DNA of 64,000 bases, taken from positions 35,898,001 through 35,962,000 of the forward strand of contig NC_043009.1 of assembly GCF_006345805.1 (NCBI RefSeq), given 5' to 3'. The position numbers and the translations under genes were made by a program. Numbering within the stretch: position 1 is the stretch's first letter; every line of letters begins with the position of its first letter. The DNA is from Octopus sinensis. Its lineage: Eukaryota. Positions 23,885-36,399 of the stretch are shown piece after piece. The notes under the pieces are model-generated. The model was given only the letters and a program-made list of their open reading frames with translations, was not told the origin of the DNA and did not search any database.

Positions 23885-25178
23885 TGCTTCTCTTTCTTTC
23901 TTTTCCCTTTCTCTGTCACGTGACTGGTGGCCGAAATCTGCCTTTCAGCTCCTGACCCTCGTCGTGTTAACATCGTTGTTCTTCGTCCGCCGCTAAAAAG
24001 GCTTTTTCCAATGCGCCAGAGAAAAAATTAGTTTGCTTGTTATCAGTCGTAAGACACTTGTTGTTTTCACCGTTAATGCTTCTGTATTCATGTTTCTGTA
24101 TTCCATTATTGTTATTTGTTTTTTTTTATATCTGTCCCTTTTGCTGTCCTGGTGTTCGTATGCATTCGATCCTTCTTCCAGGAAATCTACGCTTCCAGCT
24201 TAGTTTTTCTTGGAGGGCTGGCCGTGATCTAGTAATCTCAAGATTAATCAGCCGAAATTACTACGATGATCCGGTTCTGACTGAAGACTGAGGGGTTCGA
24301 ATGTCCTGTCCATGTTTATTGTATCGTCTTCTATGAGTTATACGTTCTTGTCCATGTTGTATTTTTCTACATACCTTAACATATATTCCAGGCGCCCCGT
24401 ACCCCCTTTATCATTAATGTGAACAATATTCTTAATAATTGTACGACTCTCTGTTTGTCTCTCTCTCTCTCTCATTTTTACTTTTTTTTTTTCTCTCTAT
24501 TCATTTCTCTTTCCTCTGATCCTTTGGTCTAGTCTTCCACTAGCCTCCTATTTCTTTGTCTCGCTCTGCACTCACAGGTCATTCTTCGACACCCATCCCT
24601 TCTCCTCTCTGATTCCTTATTTCTCTCTCTTCTCTCTCTTTGTTGCGTTTTGTCCCCCTTTTCTCTCTCTCTCTTCCTTTGCTTCTCTTTCTTTTCTTTT
24701 CCCTCTTCTCTGTCACGTGACTGTTGGCCGAAATCTGCCTTTCAGCTCCTGACCCTCGTCGTGTTAACATCGTTGTTCTTCGTCCGCCGCTATAAAGGCT
24801 TTTTCCAATGCGCAGAGCAGAGAAAAAATTGTTGCTTGTTATCAGTCGTAAGACACTTGTTGTTTTCACCGTTAATGCTTCTGTATTTCATGTTTCTGTA
24901 TTCCATTATTGTTATTTGTTTTTTTTTATATTGTCCCTTTTGCTGTCCTGGTGTTCGTATGCATTCGATCCTTCTTCCAGGAAATCTACGCTTCCAGCTT
25001 AGTTTTTCTTGGAGGGCTGGCCGTGATCTAGTAATCTCAAGATTATCAGCCGAAATTACTACGATGATCCGGTTCTTGACTGAAGACTGAGGGGTTCGAA
25101 TGTCCTGTCCATGTTTATTGTATCGTCTTCTATGAGTTATACGTTCTTGTCCATGTTGTATTTTTCTACATACCTTAA
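23885..25178 (+). repeat. Direct duplication of a roughly 500-bp unit (23885-24379 and 24678-25178), probable Penelope pLTR tandem
   Basis: Period about 797 bp, near-identical. Each unit carries GGCTG...CAGCC-GAAATTA, an HHR stem II/GAAA-like motif with a degenerate core. Confidence 0.75.
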
Positions 25179-25791
25179 TATATATATTATATATATATAT
25201 ATATATATAATATATTATATATATATATAATATATATATAAGGAAAACCAAAAGAAACCTATATCTGTGATATTTCAAAAGTTTCGTTTCCCACACAAGT
25301 TTCGATTATCTCTGGCATACATTTAGGATTCGGTAATTGTTTGACAATATGAGTATAATTGCGTTGTTAGATTATCACTAAATTGTTAACATTCGTGTAA
25401 GTTAACGAACCGGCTATAGGAAAGGAAATATTTGAAATATCACAGATATTGCGTGTCTTCTAGTTTGTCTAATTTATTTTGTTCTCCACGTTCAGAATTT
25501 AAAGTTACGTTATTAACTGACCCATAACATTTGCAGCTGATTTTTGTGCATGAGCAGGAATTTGAAGAGTCACGTACACATGTATATATCCTGGCTATGG
25601 AAGGGGAAGAGACGAATGTGTGAGAAATGCTTCAGTGGAAAGGATTGAAAGGGAAGGCCAGTCTTTGTCATGTGGTTTCGATTATGTTGAAGATCTGTGC
25701 CCTCACATTCATCCCCTGTTTGATGCTTATGCCAAGTATTTAGCGGCGAGTTCTAGCTATATGTAAGTATGCGTTTCTGCTTGGTGTTTCC

Positions 25792-26005
25792 GAGCTGGCA
25801 GAATCGTTAGCACGCCGGGCGAAATGCGTAGCCGTATTTCGCCTGCCGTTACGTCCTGGGTTCAAATTCCGCCGAGGTCGACTTTGCCTTTCATCCTTTC
25901 GGGGTCGATAAATTAAGTACTAGTTAAGCACTGGGATCGATGTAATCGACTTAATCCGTTTGTCTGTCCGCTCTGTGTTGAGCCCCTTGTGGGCAATAAA
26001 GAAAC
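25792..26005 (+). mobile_element. SINE family B
   Basis: GAGCTGGCAGAATCGTTAGCACGCCGGGCGAAATG...GGTTCAAATTCC (B-box-like)...GTGGGCAATAAAGAAA. Further copies lie at about 29268-29378(-), 37690-37905(+) and 62775-62985(+). Confidence 0.9.
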
Positions 26006-26527
26006 ATTGTATTGGTATACATAAATCACATTTGTCCACTGGGTGCATGCCTTTCCAGATTTTGATTTTATTACTTTTGGAACTTTTAAACAATGCCGAA
26101 ACCAACTATATATCAGCTGCGGGGAGACAAAAAAAAAGAAGCATATTGTTTAACAGAATAGCTGAATAGCCAATAGTGTAATAGAGGTAATAATGTTATA
26201 GCAATGAATATGACTTTAGATTGGTGTTGAATCGAAGTAGTAAGCTAGTGAATAAAGGCGAAGATTAATTGCCAATGTTTATAAAACTGTTTTCTTGCAA
26301 TTTTCTCTTTAGTTAAATCGTTATCTATTTATCATGTTCATATCAACTGTGAGATGAAGAAATATGTATGCAGGGGAAATTGTCTTTGTTAGCAAACATT
26401 TTCTTCTCTGCAAATGATCGAAATCTGTGCATCGATAAAATTCAAACCGCGCAAATCTAATTAGTAATGATGTCGAAGGGAGCATAACTAATGTCTGTGA
26501 GTGTGTGGTAGGTGGTAGGGCTGTGGT

Positions 26528-26571
<44 letters not shown>

Positions 26572-27643
26572 CGTATGTGTGGCGTTTGTGTAGGTTTGCT
26601 CTGTGTGTGTGTGTGTTAATGTTTGTGTATGCTTGTGTGTGTGTGTGTTTGTTGATTGTCTGTCTTTGTTATATCAATAATGAGCTGCTCAAACTGCTCA
26701 TATTGATGTTTGGGTGTAAGTGTGTATGTAAGTGTATGCGAGTATGTCTATGTGTGTTTGAGTTTGTGCGTGTATTTGTGTGAGTGTGTGTGCTAGTGTT
26801 TGTTCAACTGTCTGTTATACTATACGTAAAACAAGTTGTGTCGTTTATTCATGTTTGAGTTGAAGTAACAAACGTGTGTTTGTATGTCTGTGAGCGTGCA
26901 TCTGTTTGTATGCGCTTGTTTACGTTTGTCTCCTTGGCTGTGTTGCTAACACAAATTACTGTTTTCACTATTAATGATTTATATCTATTTGTGAACAAAA
27001 GAGACAAATAGGGGCGTACATATGAGCGTCTGAGTGTGTGTATGTGAGTGTGTTTGTGTATTTATCATTCATGAAAGAATTCTGAAATTCAGAACTGTAC
27101 ATCGTCAAATTAAATACCGAGTTCCACTTGGTTAATAATTCTATCTCGTCTATAGAAATTCTGTCAAGTAGATTCAATAATATAGAAGCAGATTTCGCAA
27201 ATAATGATTGCAAGCAGTGAGAACATTGTAGCATTAGCGAGTTCCTTTCGCTGTATGAAACTTGTTTTAGCCGAGTCTGTCAACCCTATAACAACAAGGG
27301 ATACTTCGATATAAAGTTCGTGTTTAAGAGAAAAGTAATCAGCCGTCATTACCAGAGATGAATGACTAGATATTTACAACGTTTCCTCGTGGAACTTCTA
27401 CGCTTTCCATTAAGCTACTGCGCCCCTTCATTTTAATAACTGAAATACACATATATGCAGATATATTATGTGTGCATTTGTGTATGTGTGTGTGTACGCG
27501 AACTCACACACACACACACACATACGCATACGTGCACATACATATGTATATATGTATGTGTGTACATGTATAAGTGCATTCCTTTATTATTTTACATGTT
27601 TCAGCCTTGAAGCTGTGCTATGCGTATATATATATATATAATA

Positions 27644-27793
27644 TAATTAGAGACAAAACCACTTATTTGCAAAACAAACAAGGAAGACTTAATCAATACA
27701 TAAAATTTTAATAAAAGTAAAAAACTTAAATTTTATGTATTGATTAAGTCTTTCCTTGTTTGTTTTGCAAAATAGTGGTTTTGTCTCTAATTA
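27644..27793. repeat. Fold-back palindrome (about 65-bp arms)
   Basis: TAATTAGAGACAAAACCAC...CATAAAATTT pairs with AAATTTTATG...GTGGTTTTGTCTCTAATTA. The adjacent tail also occurs at 1737-1870. Confidence 0.9.
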
Positions 27794-27885
27794 ATATTAT
27801 ATAATATTGTACTATAAAATTGGATTTAATCTAAATCTGATTTTTTTCCCTGTAAATTTGGATTTATTCCCTAATATTTATTATA

Positions 27886-27959
<74 letters not shown>

Positions 27960-27968
27960 TGTATGTAT

Positions 27969-28485
27969 ATTACATGGAAAAATGCGAACATGACAAGTAG
28001 TATTCTTAATATTATAAACCTGGAAAAGTACAGGACAAGTTATTACACGTGTGAAAGTAGAGGACAAGCTATTACTTCAAGTAAAGTAAAGAATAAGAAA
28101 GTTTTTACTTAAAATACTGCAGCAAAAGATGCCAGTTCTTCTAATTTATCACTCTTAATAGTTCTCAAGTCTTAAATGTATTGTACAAAACTGTTCAGTT
28201 AATTCGTAGGTTTGTCTAATTAGTAACTTTTTTCTGTATTTAAGGTAGTAAATTAGCCAAACTCTATTTAAATAAGTATAGTGTTATTTGTAAACTATAA
28301 GGAAATAAGTTTTAATATTCAAATTTTAATTTTAGCTGCAATATTTTAAGTAAAAACTTTCTTATTCTTTACTTTACTTGAATAATTTATCCTATACTTT
28401 TACAGGTTTCATAACTTGTCCTCTACTTTTCCAGGTTTATATTCTTAAGAATATTACATTTCATGCTCGCATTTTTCCATGTAAT
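27969..28485. repeat. Inverted repeat (about 157-bp arms, about 200-bp spacer)
   Basis: 27969-28127 pairs with 28330-28485, with several mismatches and indels. Confidence 0.85.
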
Positions 28486-29841
28486 CCATGATTTTTCCAG
28501 GGATTGCTGTTATAAGATAATTAATAATGTGTCAATTAATAATTTAAGAATTTACCTTATACTGAAAGATAATATTTCAATTTTTGTCATGTTTCATGTA
28601 AATATATGTTGTAATTGAATCATTTGACATTACCCATCCACAAATAGTTTTGTAGCATATTAGGAGATCACAGGAATTCACTCAAAGAAAAAAAGTTCAA
28701 ATGATTCCGGGGTTTTGGGTGGAGGTAGTGAAAATCGTGCGTGTGATAATATAGTAATTTACCAAAATGTTGTTGTTATCTAGCCTCAAATCAACCCTGA
28801 TACTGCAAATCTATCATCAAAGACATTCCAGCTTTCAGAAAGCTGTCTTTTTAGGGATAATATAGGACATTACATAGAATGGGCATATGATTTAGGCAGG
28901 GGGATACATTGGCTGCTATTTTTAGCGTGTCGAGTGACTAGGAAGAGGCTGTTTCATTGCTTTGAGTACGTGATGAGACTTCTTTTACACATATATGTAT
29001 AATATATATGTATATTATCGGCAGAATTTAGAGAGTAAGTCAAAAGCTGAAAGTTTCGTGTATTGGCACTTATCAAAAACGAATTTGTCCACTGTCACTG
29101 TTTAACTTCTGACGGAATAACTTCTAAAATACAAAATTTTGTCTAAAACTTTAGAGTAAACCCTGCTCTATGTATGTGACACATTGTACCAGTATCGGAA
29201 GTTTCAAAGTGTTTAGTTTTTTAAAAAATAATTAAATAATCTGTACGTCAAATTGAATAGATCCGAAATGAATAAAAGGAAAAGTCGACTCGGCGTAATT
29301 TGAATTCAAAATGTAAACACGGGAAATACCGCTGAGCATTTCGCCTGGCAGGATAGTGCTTCTGCCAGATCACCGTCTAAGAACGAAAACATTCATTTTA
29401 GTAATATATTCTTTATTCTTATTGCGTAAGCTTTACTTCTTACTTCTTTACTTACTGATATAACATTTCGTGGCATTTAACCCCATAACTTTTTTCTACT
29501 AATTTTTGTTCAATGCGACTAACGATTCTGAATTCCTAATGCACTTTTCGATCATTTAAGCTTAAGAAAAGTATACTTTTATTTTAAATTTAAAAGTTTA
29601 TGTTAATCGAAGATGAATACCTGCCTTACTGCTCCCCATGCAGTCGCAGATATATTGATGTAACTTTTCTTCTACTGAACCAAATCTCAAACTATTTATG
29701 CCAAAGTGTAGCTGAGGAGTTGTCACCTTTAAAACTTTGAGAACTGAATAAGTGAAGCTTGCAAGCTGCTGCGATTGACGAAATGGTTGATTAAAGAAAA
29801 GTGGGTTTAAGAATATATTCAACCACTGCCGTGGTTGAATG

Positions 29842-29890
<49 letters not shown>

Positions 29891-30505
29891 TGTATATGGG
29901 TGTGTACATCGATTCAATATGTTCAAGCGCGCATGTATGCGTATATAAACGTATACATATATATTTATCACACACATACACACACATATATATATATAAT
30001 ATATACATATATGTGTGTATATATATAGTTAACGAGATGTGTGTGTGTGTTCGCGAATGTGGAATATGTTCAAAGGAAGAACTTTAATTTCGGACAATTC
30101 ATTCGAGTAAATACGCTGAAATATTTGTTTTGTTCTAGCGTTTTCCTTCCATAAATAAAATTAAATGGAGCCGAAAAGGATAACAACTTATAAAATAAAT
30201 TTCATTATCGTCACTTAATTAAATTTGTCATGATAAAGATCAAAGGATCAAGGACCAAATAAAAAGGCCAGAGATGGTACACACAAACACCCCCCACACA
30301 CACACACACACACACATATGTGTGTATATAGATGTATGTCAACACTTGTTATATAGTGACATTTTCTGTCATTTCTTGATTATTTTTGAAAACACTTATA
30401 TAAAGTTTTAAAGTTTTAGGCATCTAGGTTTTTTATTGAACATTTACGACATCATTTTCTGTTATGGTCTGCTATCTACAATCTATTATACATATATATA
30501 TATAT

Positions 30506-30780
30506 ATTTATTATATAGAAGGAGCTTCTACAGGACTAGAACTGTTTCATTCAGAGAAATCATCAGGAAGCTAGTTAACAAGAATTGTATTGGCATTTAT
30601 ACATTTATACATTTATACATTGCCAATACAATTCTTGTTAACTAGCTTCCTGATGATTTCTCTGAATGAAACAGTTCTAGTCCTGTAGAAGCTCCTTCTA
30701 TATAATAAATTAATTTTACTCTGCTATGTATTGAGTACCTTATTTACTGTGGTTAACCCCGAATCAACCCGGGACCTACA
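30506..30780 (+). mobile_element. (TA)n-flanked fold-back element with two hammerheads, Penelope pLTR-like
   Basis: Perfect 90-bp arms at 30506-30595 and 30621-30710 with a 25-nt spacer, plus a 70-nt unique tail. Confidence 0.85.
30644..30693 (+). ncRNA. Type I hammerhead ribozyme (mirror copy 30523-30572 on minus)
   Basis: Stem I AGCTTC/GAAGCT; CTGATGA (30650); stem II TTTC-TCT-GAAT (U-U at base); GAAA; stem III ACAG/CTGT; GUA cleavage after 30687. Confidence 0.75.
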
Positions 30781-30789
30781 TATATATAT

Positions 30790-30827
<38 letters not shown>

Positions 30828-31069
30828 TCTTTTATTCTTTTACATGTTTGAGTCATTTGACCGCAGGCATGCAGAAGTATCGCCTTTAGTCGAATACATC
30901 GACCCTAGGACTTATTTTTTCCAAGCCTAGTACTTATTCTATCGGTAACTTTGCCGAACCGCTAAGTTACGGGGGTCGTAAACACACCATCATCGGTTGT
31001 TAAATGAATGTAGGGGGATAAACAGTCACAAAAACATATATATATATATATATGCATATATATAGGGAG

Positions 31070-31235
31070 AGTTTACGAAAAAAACAAATGACGAAGACAG
31101 ATGTATCAGTATAACACTCAGGAATAGAAAAAGTCTTTTACGTTTCGAGCCTACGCTCTTCTACAGAAAGGAACACAGAAAAAACAAGGGAAACAAGGAG
31201 AGAAAAAATGTGTGTAGTGGCTAACGATCGATCAT
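31070..31235 (-). mobile_element. Penelope pLTR-like unit with minimal HHR variant at 31135-31170
   Basis: Reverse complement CTTT-CTGTAGA-A-GAGC GTAG GCTC-GAAAC-GTA-AAAG. Related units lie at 33800-34050, 41954-42269 and 51890-52035. Confidence 0.7.
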
Positions 31236-31252
31236 GGCGACTCAGTATATAT

Positions 31253-31289
<37 letters not shown>

Positions 31290-32310
31290 GATAATCACGA
31301 TGGTTATAATGGTCATTATGATAATACTGTTTATTACCCGAACACCTCCCTAAAGACATCTCTTAGCGTACCCTGCAGCCTACCCCTGTCACGCACCGGT
31401 GCACCTTCCAACACTAGAACTGCCGATGCATCTCAAGGTGGTGTACGCGTCGGCCTGTCCAGAGCGCATATGAAATGGATGCCTGAGAATGTATGTGTGG
31501 CTTCAAGCATAACCTTGAGTCCTGTACCAATGCAATCGTCCTGGTAATATTGGATTAGATGCCTAGAGAGCTATGCCTAATGTTGTAGCTGATCATGGAC
31601 CGTTCAACGTCTCGACGCTGCTGCTGCCTATGATGACGTTGGAGAGGCTGGTGGACCCCTTATTAGAGCAAACTCTAGGACACCACCTCTCGGCACGGAC
31701 TCTAGACGTACCCTCCCTAGAAATGTAAACCCTACACGCCAGTCTGTTTCCCACTCCAGTTCGCAAACTGACTGCTATTTGCGCTGGACTAGATTTGGCC
31801 GTTCCAAGAACATTATCTACTTTAACTTCCCATCAGCAGTTCGTTGAATAAACTCGCTGGCCAAGAGCACTTACTACCGCGACTAGATTCCACTGGATCT
31901 TCAATAAGAATGCAATCCAGCTGTCGTACTCTACCTCCACGAAACTTGGATTTATTATCAACGACTATAGGAGGCTGAAGCAATGGGGTCAGACATCTGG
32001 GTTCCGGTGTACAAATGTATATATTTATAAATATGGGTGTGCACGAACGTTTGCGCATAAGATGATTAAGAAATTAATTAATCCCTGTTCAACACAATTT
32101 CCTCAAACTTTACAGGAATAAAGCAATTGAGATAATAACTAAGATATTCTTAAAGTTTCCGTGATTCGTATATTTCGAAATCCCGTGCAGGCTCGCGTTG
32201 TCTCATGTATTCCCATGAAAATGGAAATGAGTACCAGCACTTCGGTGTGGCACACTTGCACACTTTTGAAGAGCTCTTCAAATAAACTATCACTTACTTT
32301 GTTAACAAAT

Positions 32311-32367
<57 letters not shown>

Positions 32368-32370
32368 GTG

Positions 32371-32767
32371 TAAGAGGGCGAGCTGAAAAGTTTATTGGCT
32401 GACTATAAAGTAGTGATTCTAGAGCTGTGAACGAATTTGTACTCATCTCAATAATAACTGCATTATTTCTTTCCAAATAAACTGGCATATGACTATTCAA
32501 AAAAGACTTCAAAATTTGGTATCGTGATATTAGCATGTACCTGCAGAAAAATGCTTTGGCCCCAAGGACATTCATGCTAGGATGATTGTCAACACTGCAA
32601 AAATGAATAGCTGAATTTAGGATGGGAAGGGAGAGTCTTGAAGGTAACCCAAGTTCTTGATGTCTAGCAACCACCACCACCACCACCACCACCGAGGAAA
32701 ACATTAATCGTGTTCACCAAATGCCGATGCATGACAGACGAGTGGCTATAAATCAAATAGCCATGAG
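32371..32767 (+). mobile_element. Mariner 5' remnant
   Basis: TIR-like TAAGAGGGCGAGCTGAAAAGTT. Translation EFRMGRESLEGNPSS..TTTTEENINRVHQM..DRRVAINQIA resembles the mariner HTH region. Confidence 0.75.
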
Positions 32768-33334
32768 TTCAGCTCAGTACTCACATCACACGCCCACTCA
32801 CATTACGTATACACATTACTTACATTACACAAACACCTTCCCACCCTATACATATTAGTAACCAATACATCCCCCTCAGTACCCACACCACACACCATTA
32901 TGCACACTTCCTAACACACTCACATGCACATGCATTCCCACGCACCTTCCCACACCACACACGCTAGCAACCAATATCTGCCACACCCCACCTCCTCTCA
33001 CACCATCCCACCTACCCTCATCCCATCTCACCTACCCTCACTCCTATCTCCCCTCCCCTCACCCCTATCCCATCTCACACGTCTATGCATTCCCCTACAA
33101 TACACAGCATTCACCCCAAAAATACAAAACGCCTGAACTCAGACAATACACACGCATGCTACACGCATAAACACATACAACTTCCGCACAGAAAATAAAC
33201 ACACCAGTACATGAGACACACGTCACACCACATAATGTATGCACTACGTTACTTATACACTTACACGCACGAAGGTCCACATAATTTCAAGCTCGCCCAC
33301 ACATACACACTCACGCACTCGCCACATTCACACA

Positions 33335-33719
33335 AGTGGAAGCACTCCGTCGGTTACGACGACGAGGGTTCCGATTGATCCGAATCAACGGAACAGCCTG
33401 CTCGTGAAATTAACGTGTAAGTGGCTGAGCACTCCACAGACACGTGTACCCTTAACGTAGTTCTCGGGGATATTCAGCGTGACACAGAGAGTGACAAGGC
33501 CGGCCCTTTGAAATACAGGTACAACAGAAACAGGAAGTAAGAGTGAGAGAGAGTTGTGGTGAAAGAGTACAGCAGGGATCACCACCATCCCCTCCGGAGC
33601 CTCGTGGAGCTTTAGGTGTTTTCGCTCAATAAACACTCACAACGCCCGGTCTGGGAATCGAAACGGCGATCCTATGACCGCGAGTCCGCTGCCCTAACCA
33701 CTGGTCCATTGCGCCTCTG
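33335..33719 (-). mobile_element. SINE family C, full length, with 12-bp target-site duplication
   Basis: tRNA-like head GGCGCAATGGACCAGTGGTTAGGGCAGCGG...GTTTCGATTCCC on minus. CACATTCACACA occurs at both 33323-33334 and 33720-33731. Confidence 0.9.
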
Positions 33720-36399
33720 CACATTCACACATACACACTTACACACACACCATCCTCACATACACTCGCGATCGCGCAGCCTACTTCGTCCAGATTACTA
33801 TTATTATATCCCATTCACTCTCCCTTTTTCATCATGTTGAACCGTTAATCCCAAGATTTTTTCTTCCTCCCTCAGTTTTGTTTTCTTCTCGTTCCACTTT
33901 TTCTTGTGTTTACCTTTTAATCCTTTCTGTTGAAAAGCGTAGGCTCGAAATGTCAAGGACGTTTCCATTCTTCCCGAGCGTTAAACTAATACACAATGCT
34001 TGTTGTTCCTTCACCTGTCTTCGTCTTTTGTTTTCTGTAAATTTGAACTAAATATTTATATGTATAAATATATTGACAAGATTATGATGCTTCACCGAGC
34101 AGAATTTGTCTGTGGCAATAATACCACCACTGCCGTGTATTTGTCTTTATTGTTCACTGTATTGAAAATTGAAAATATAATAGAATTTTTACCTCAATAA
34201 CCTTATTCATTTGCAACTGATAACTAATGCTGCTTTTACACACACATACACGGTTACACACACAAATATATATATGTTTGTATATATATCTATATGTGTG
34301 TGTGTGAGAGAGAAAGAGAGAGAGAATACATATATCTTGCTATATATATATAGACATATGCATATGTGTGTTTGTGTGTGCGTGCGCATGCGAGCGTGTG
34401 TGTGTGTGCGTGTGTGTGTATGTGTGTGTGTGTGTGTGTAAACAGAAATAGCTATCACTCGGAAATGAATATCATTGTCATGTTAAAAAAAAAATTAAAC
34501 AAGCTGAATTTTCAATTCAAATTGGAAAAATTTCATAAAAAAAAGCAAATATATAGCAATTATAGAACAAATATATATTAAATACAAAAGAACGATGATA
34601 TTGTTTCCATTTCAGTTTAAATAGCCATTAGTTAAATCCATTCATGAATAACAAGGAAATAGGTTATTTCATTTCTGATTTTGAGAGTTTGCGGGGCTTC
34701 AATATTAAAATACTTTATTGCCATTTATAACTATCAAGTTTTATGGATTGTGTGTTTAATTAAGAAATCATCTTTCTTAATATAATTGAAAATATGATCA
34801 ATATTTAAATTGCCAATCCATGAAAGTGGTTCCTGTTTTAAATATACTGGGAGCAAATTACAGGATGTTATATTATATTGAATTCAAGAATATAATATCT
34901 ATTAAATATTTGTAAAATTCGGTTTTACTATCGGTGCATTAAATCATTTGCTAGCAATTTAAATGAAATTACAAATAATAACGGTTACACAACCACTTGA
35001 ATAACTGTAACACCACCGAGTAATCAGTCTTTCTAGATTGTACAATAAATGTACAGAAGTGTAAGGATGTTCCTGTATGTCTCCCTCGATTTCCTGACAG
35101 ATCAAATATTCACTGCAACAACGACAACACTGCTGTCATCAAAGTCACTTTGTAACTAGAATCTATCAAAGTACGTTGCATATAGAATTGTACTTGGCCG
35201 AGAAGAGAGAATATTGTCATCAAAATCACGATGCAACTAGAATTTATTGAAGTACGTTAGAGACAGTTGAGTTAAAATGTTGGACTACCAAAGCAAAAAG
35301 GTTAATGGTTCGTAGCACGACACTCACTGACTCTGCCATATATTCTTGACCGGGCTATTTAACAACCTGTGTCATATCAACTTTTTGACAGAAGCAGCCG
35401 TTATCTTTGTCGTTCTTTGTCAGTTCTGGTGGATCAAGTCAATTACTTCAATCTTATTCATCAGTAATACCGACATGAATGTTACATACATCCTACTGAC
35501 GTAGAGGTGAGTGGAAACCATCTCTTATCATATTTAAACTTTGAAGAGCAAATGAACGAACCTAAAACACTTGTCCTATTTACGCTGTTCACTCCTTCTC
35601 CAGCGATATGTCCTACAAAGTTACAGCTAGATCACCAACTCCATTTCCGATTTCAATGTCATCACTTCTCATTTTATTGTCCAATACTTTGTCCACCTTC
35701 AAAGTCCCTGCTCTTCTAATGTTCCGGGCTTAAAGTCAATGTCCTGTGTGTTTGCTGTAGCGTTAGAAGCGTTCAAACCAGAAACATATAACGTAGCACT
35801 AAATCTGTATTCATCGAGATATTTAAATGTCGCTACTATATATTTAACTACAATAATCTGAATTGCATGACATCACACCATCCTATAATACATCATTCTA
35901 TATTAGATTTTTGCATAACTACCAAAATGAAATATCTCAGTATTCGTAGTGTTTAATATTTCACTTTATTAATGTTTCTTTGAATTGTTAGAAGCAATAG
36001 CGTTAATGACGAAGAAACAAAAATAAACTACAAATAATATAATCACGGTATATTTTAAATAAAGGCGGGGCTTATAAATTTATTTATAGATATTAAAACG
36101 TATTTGACAAAATCTTCATTTTTCAGGGGCGAAGGTCAAACAACGTAAACAGGAAAAAACAGAATCTAAAGTTAGTGAGGAAGAAGAGAGAGAAGCAAAG
36201 AGAAAGAGAGAGAGTAAGAAGATAATGAGAGAAAGAGTATAAAAAGAGAGGGGAGAAAAGGAGAGAGGACAGAGGGAGAATGAAAGAAAAACTAGAAAAC
36301 AGCTGCGTTTTGTTTGTTGAATAAAATGCATAAAATTGAAGTAGACTAGTTTATTAAAACATTTGCATAAATTGATGAAGGGGTAAAGTTTTTAAGTGA

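Noticed and set aside
26971-27349. Overlapping short ORFs and an LRR-like plus-strand phrase (HLVNNSISSIE)
   Set aside because: Single weak motif, early stop and no consistent splice sites.
33640-33715. tRNA-like sequences at SINE heads
   Set aside because: They continue into SINE bodies and tails and lack a complete cloverleaf, so they are not tRNA genes.
35391-35511. AG|GTGAGT donor with upstream acceptor
   Set aside because: All three frames contain stops; no support as a coding exon.
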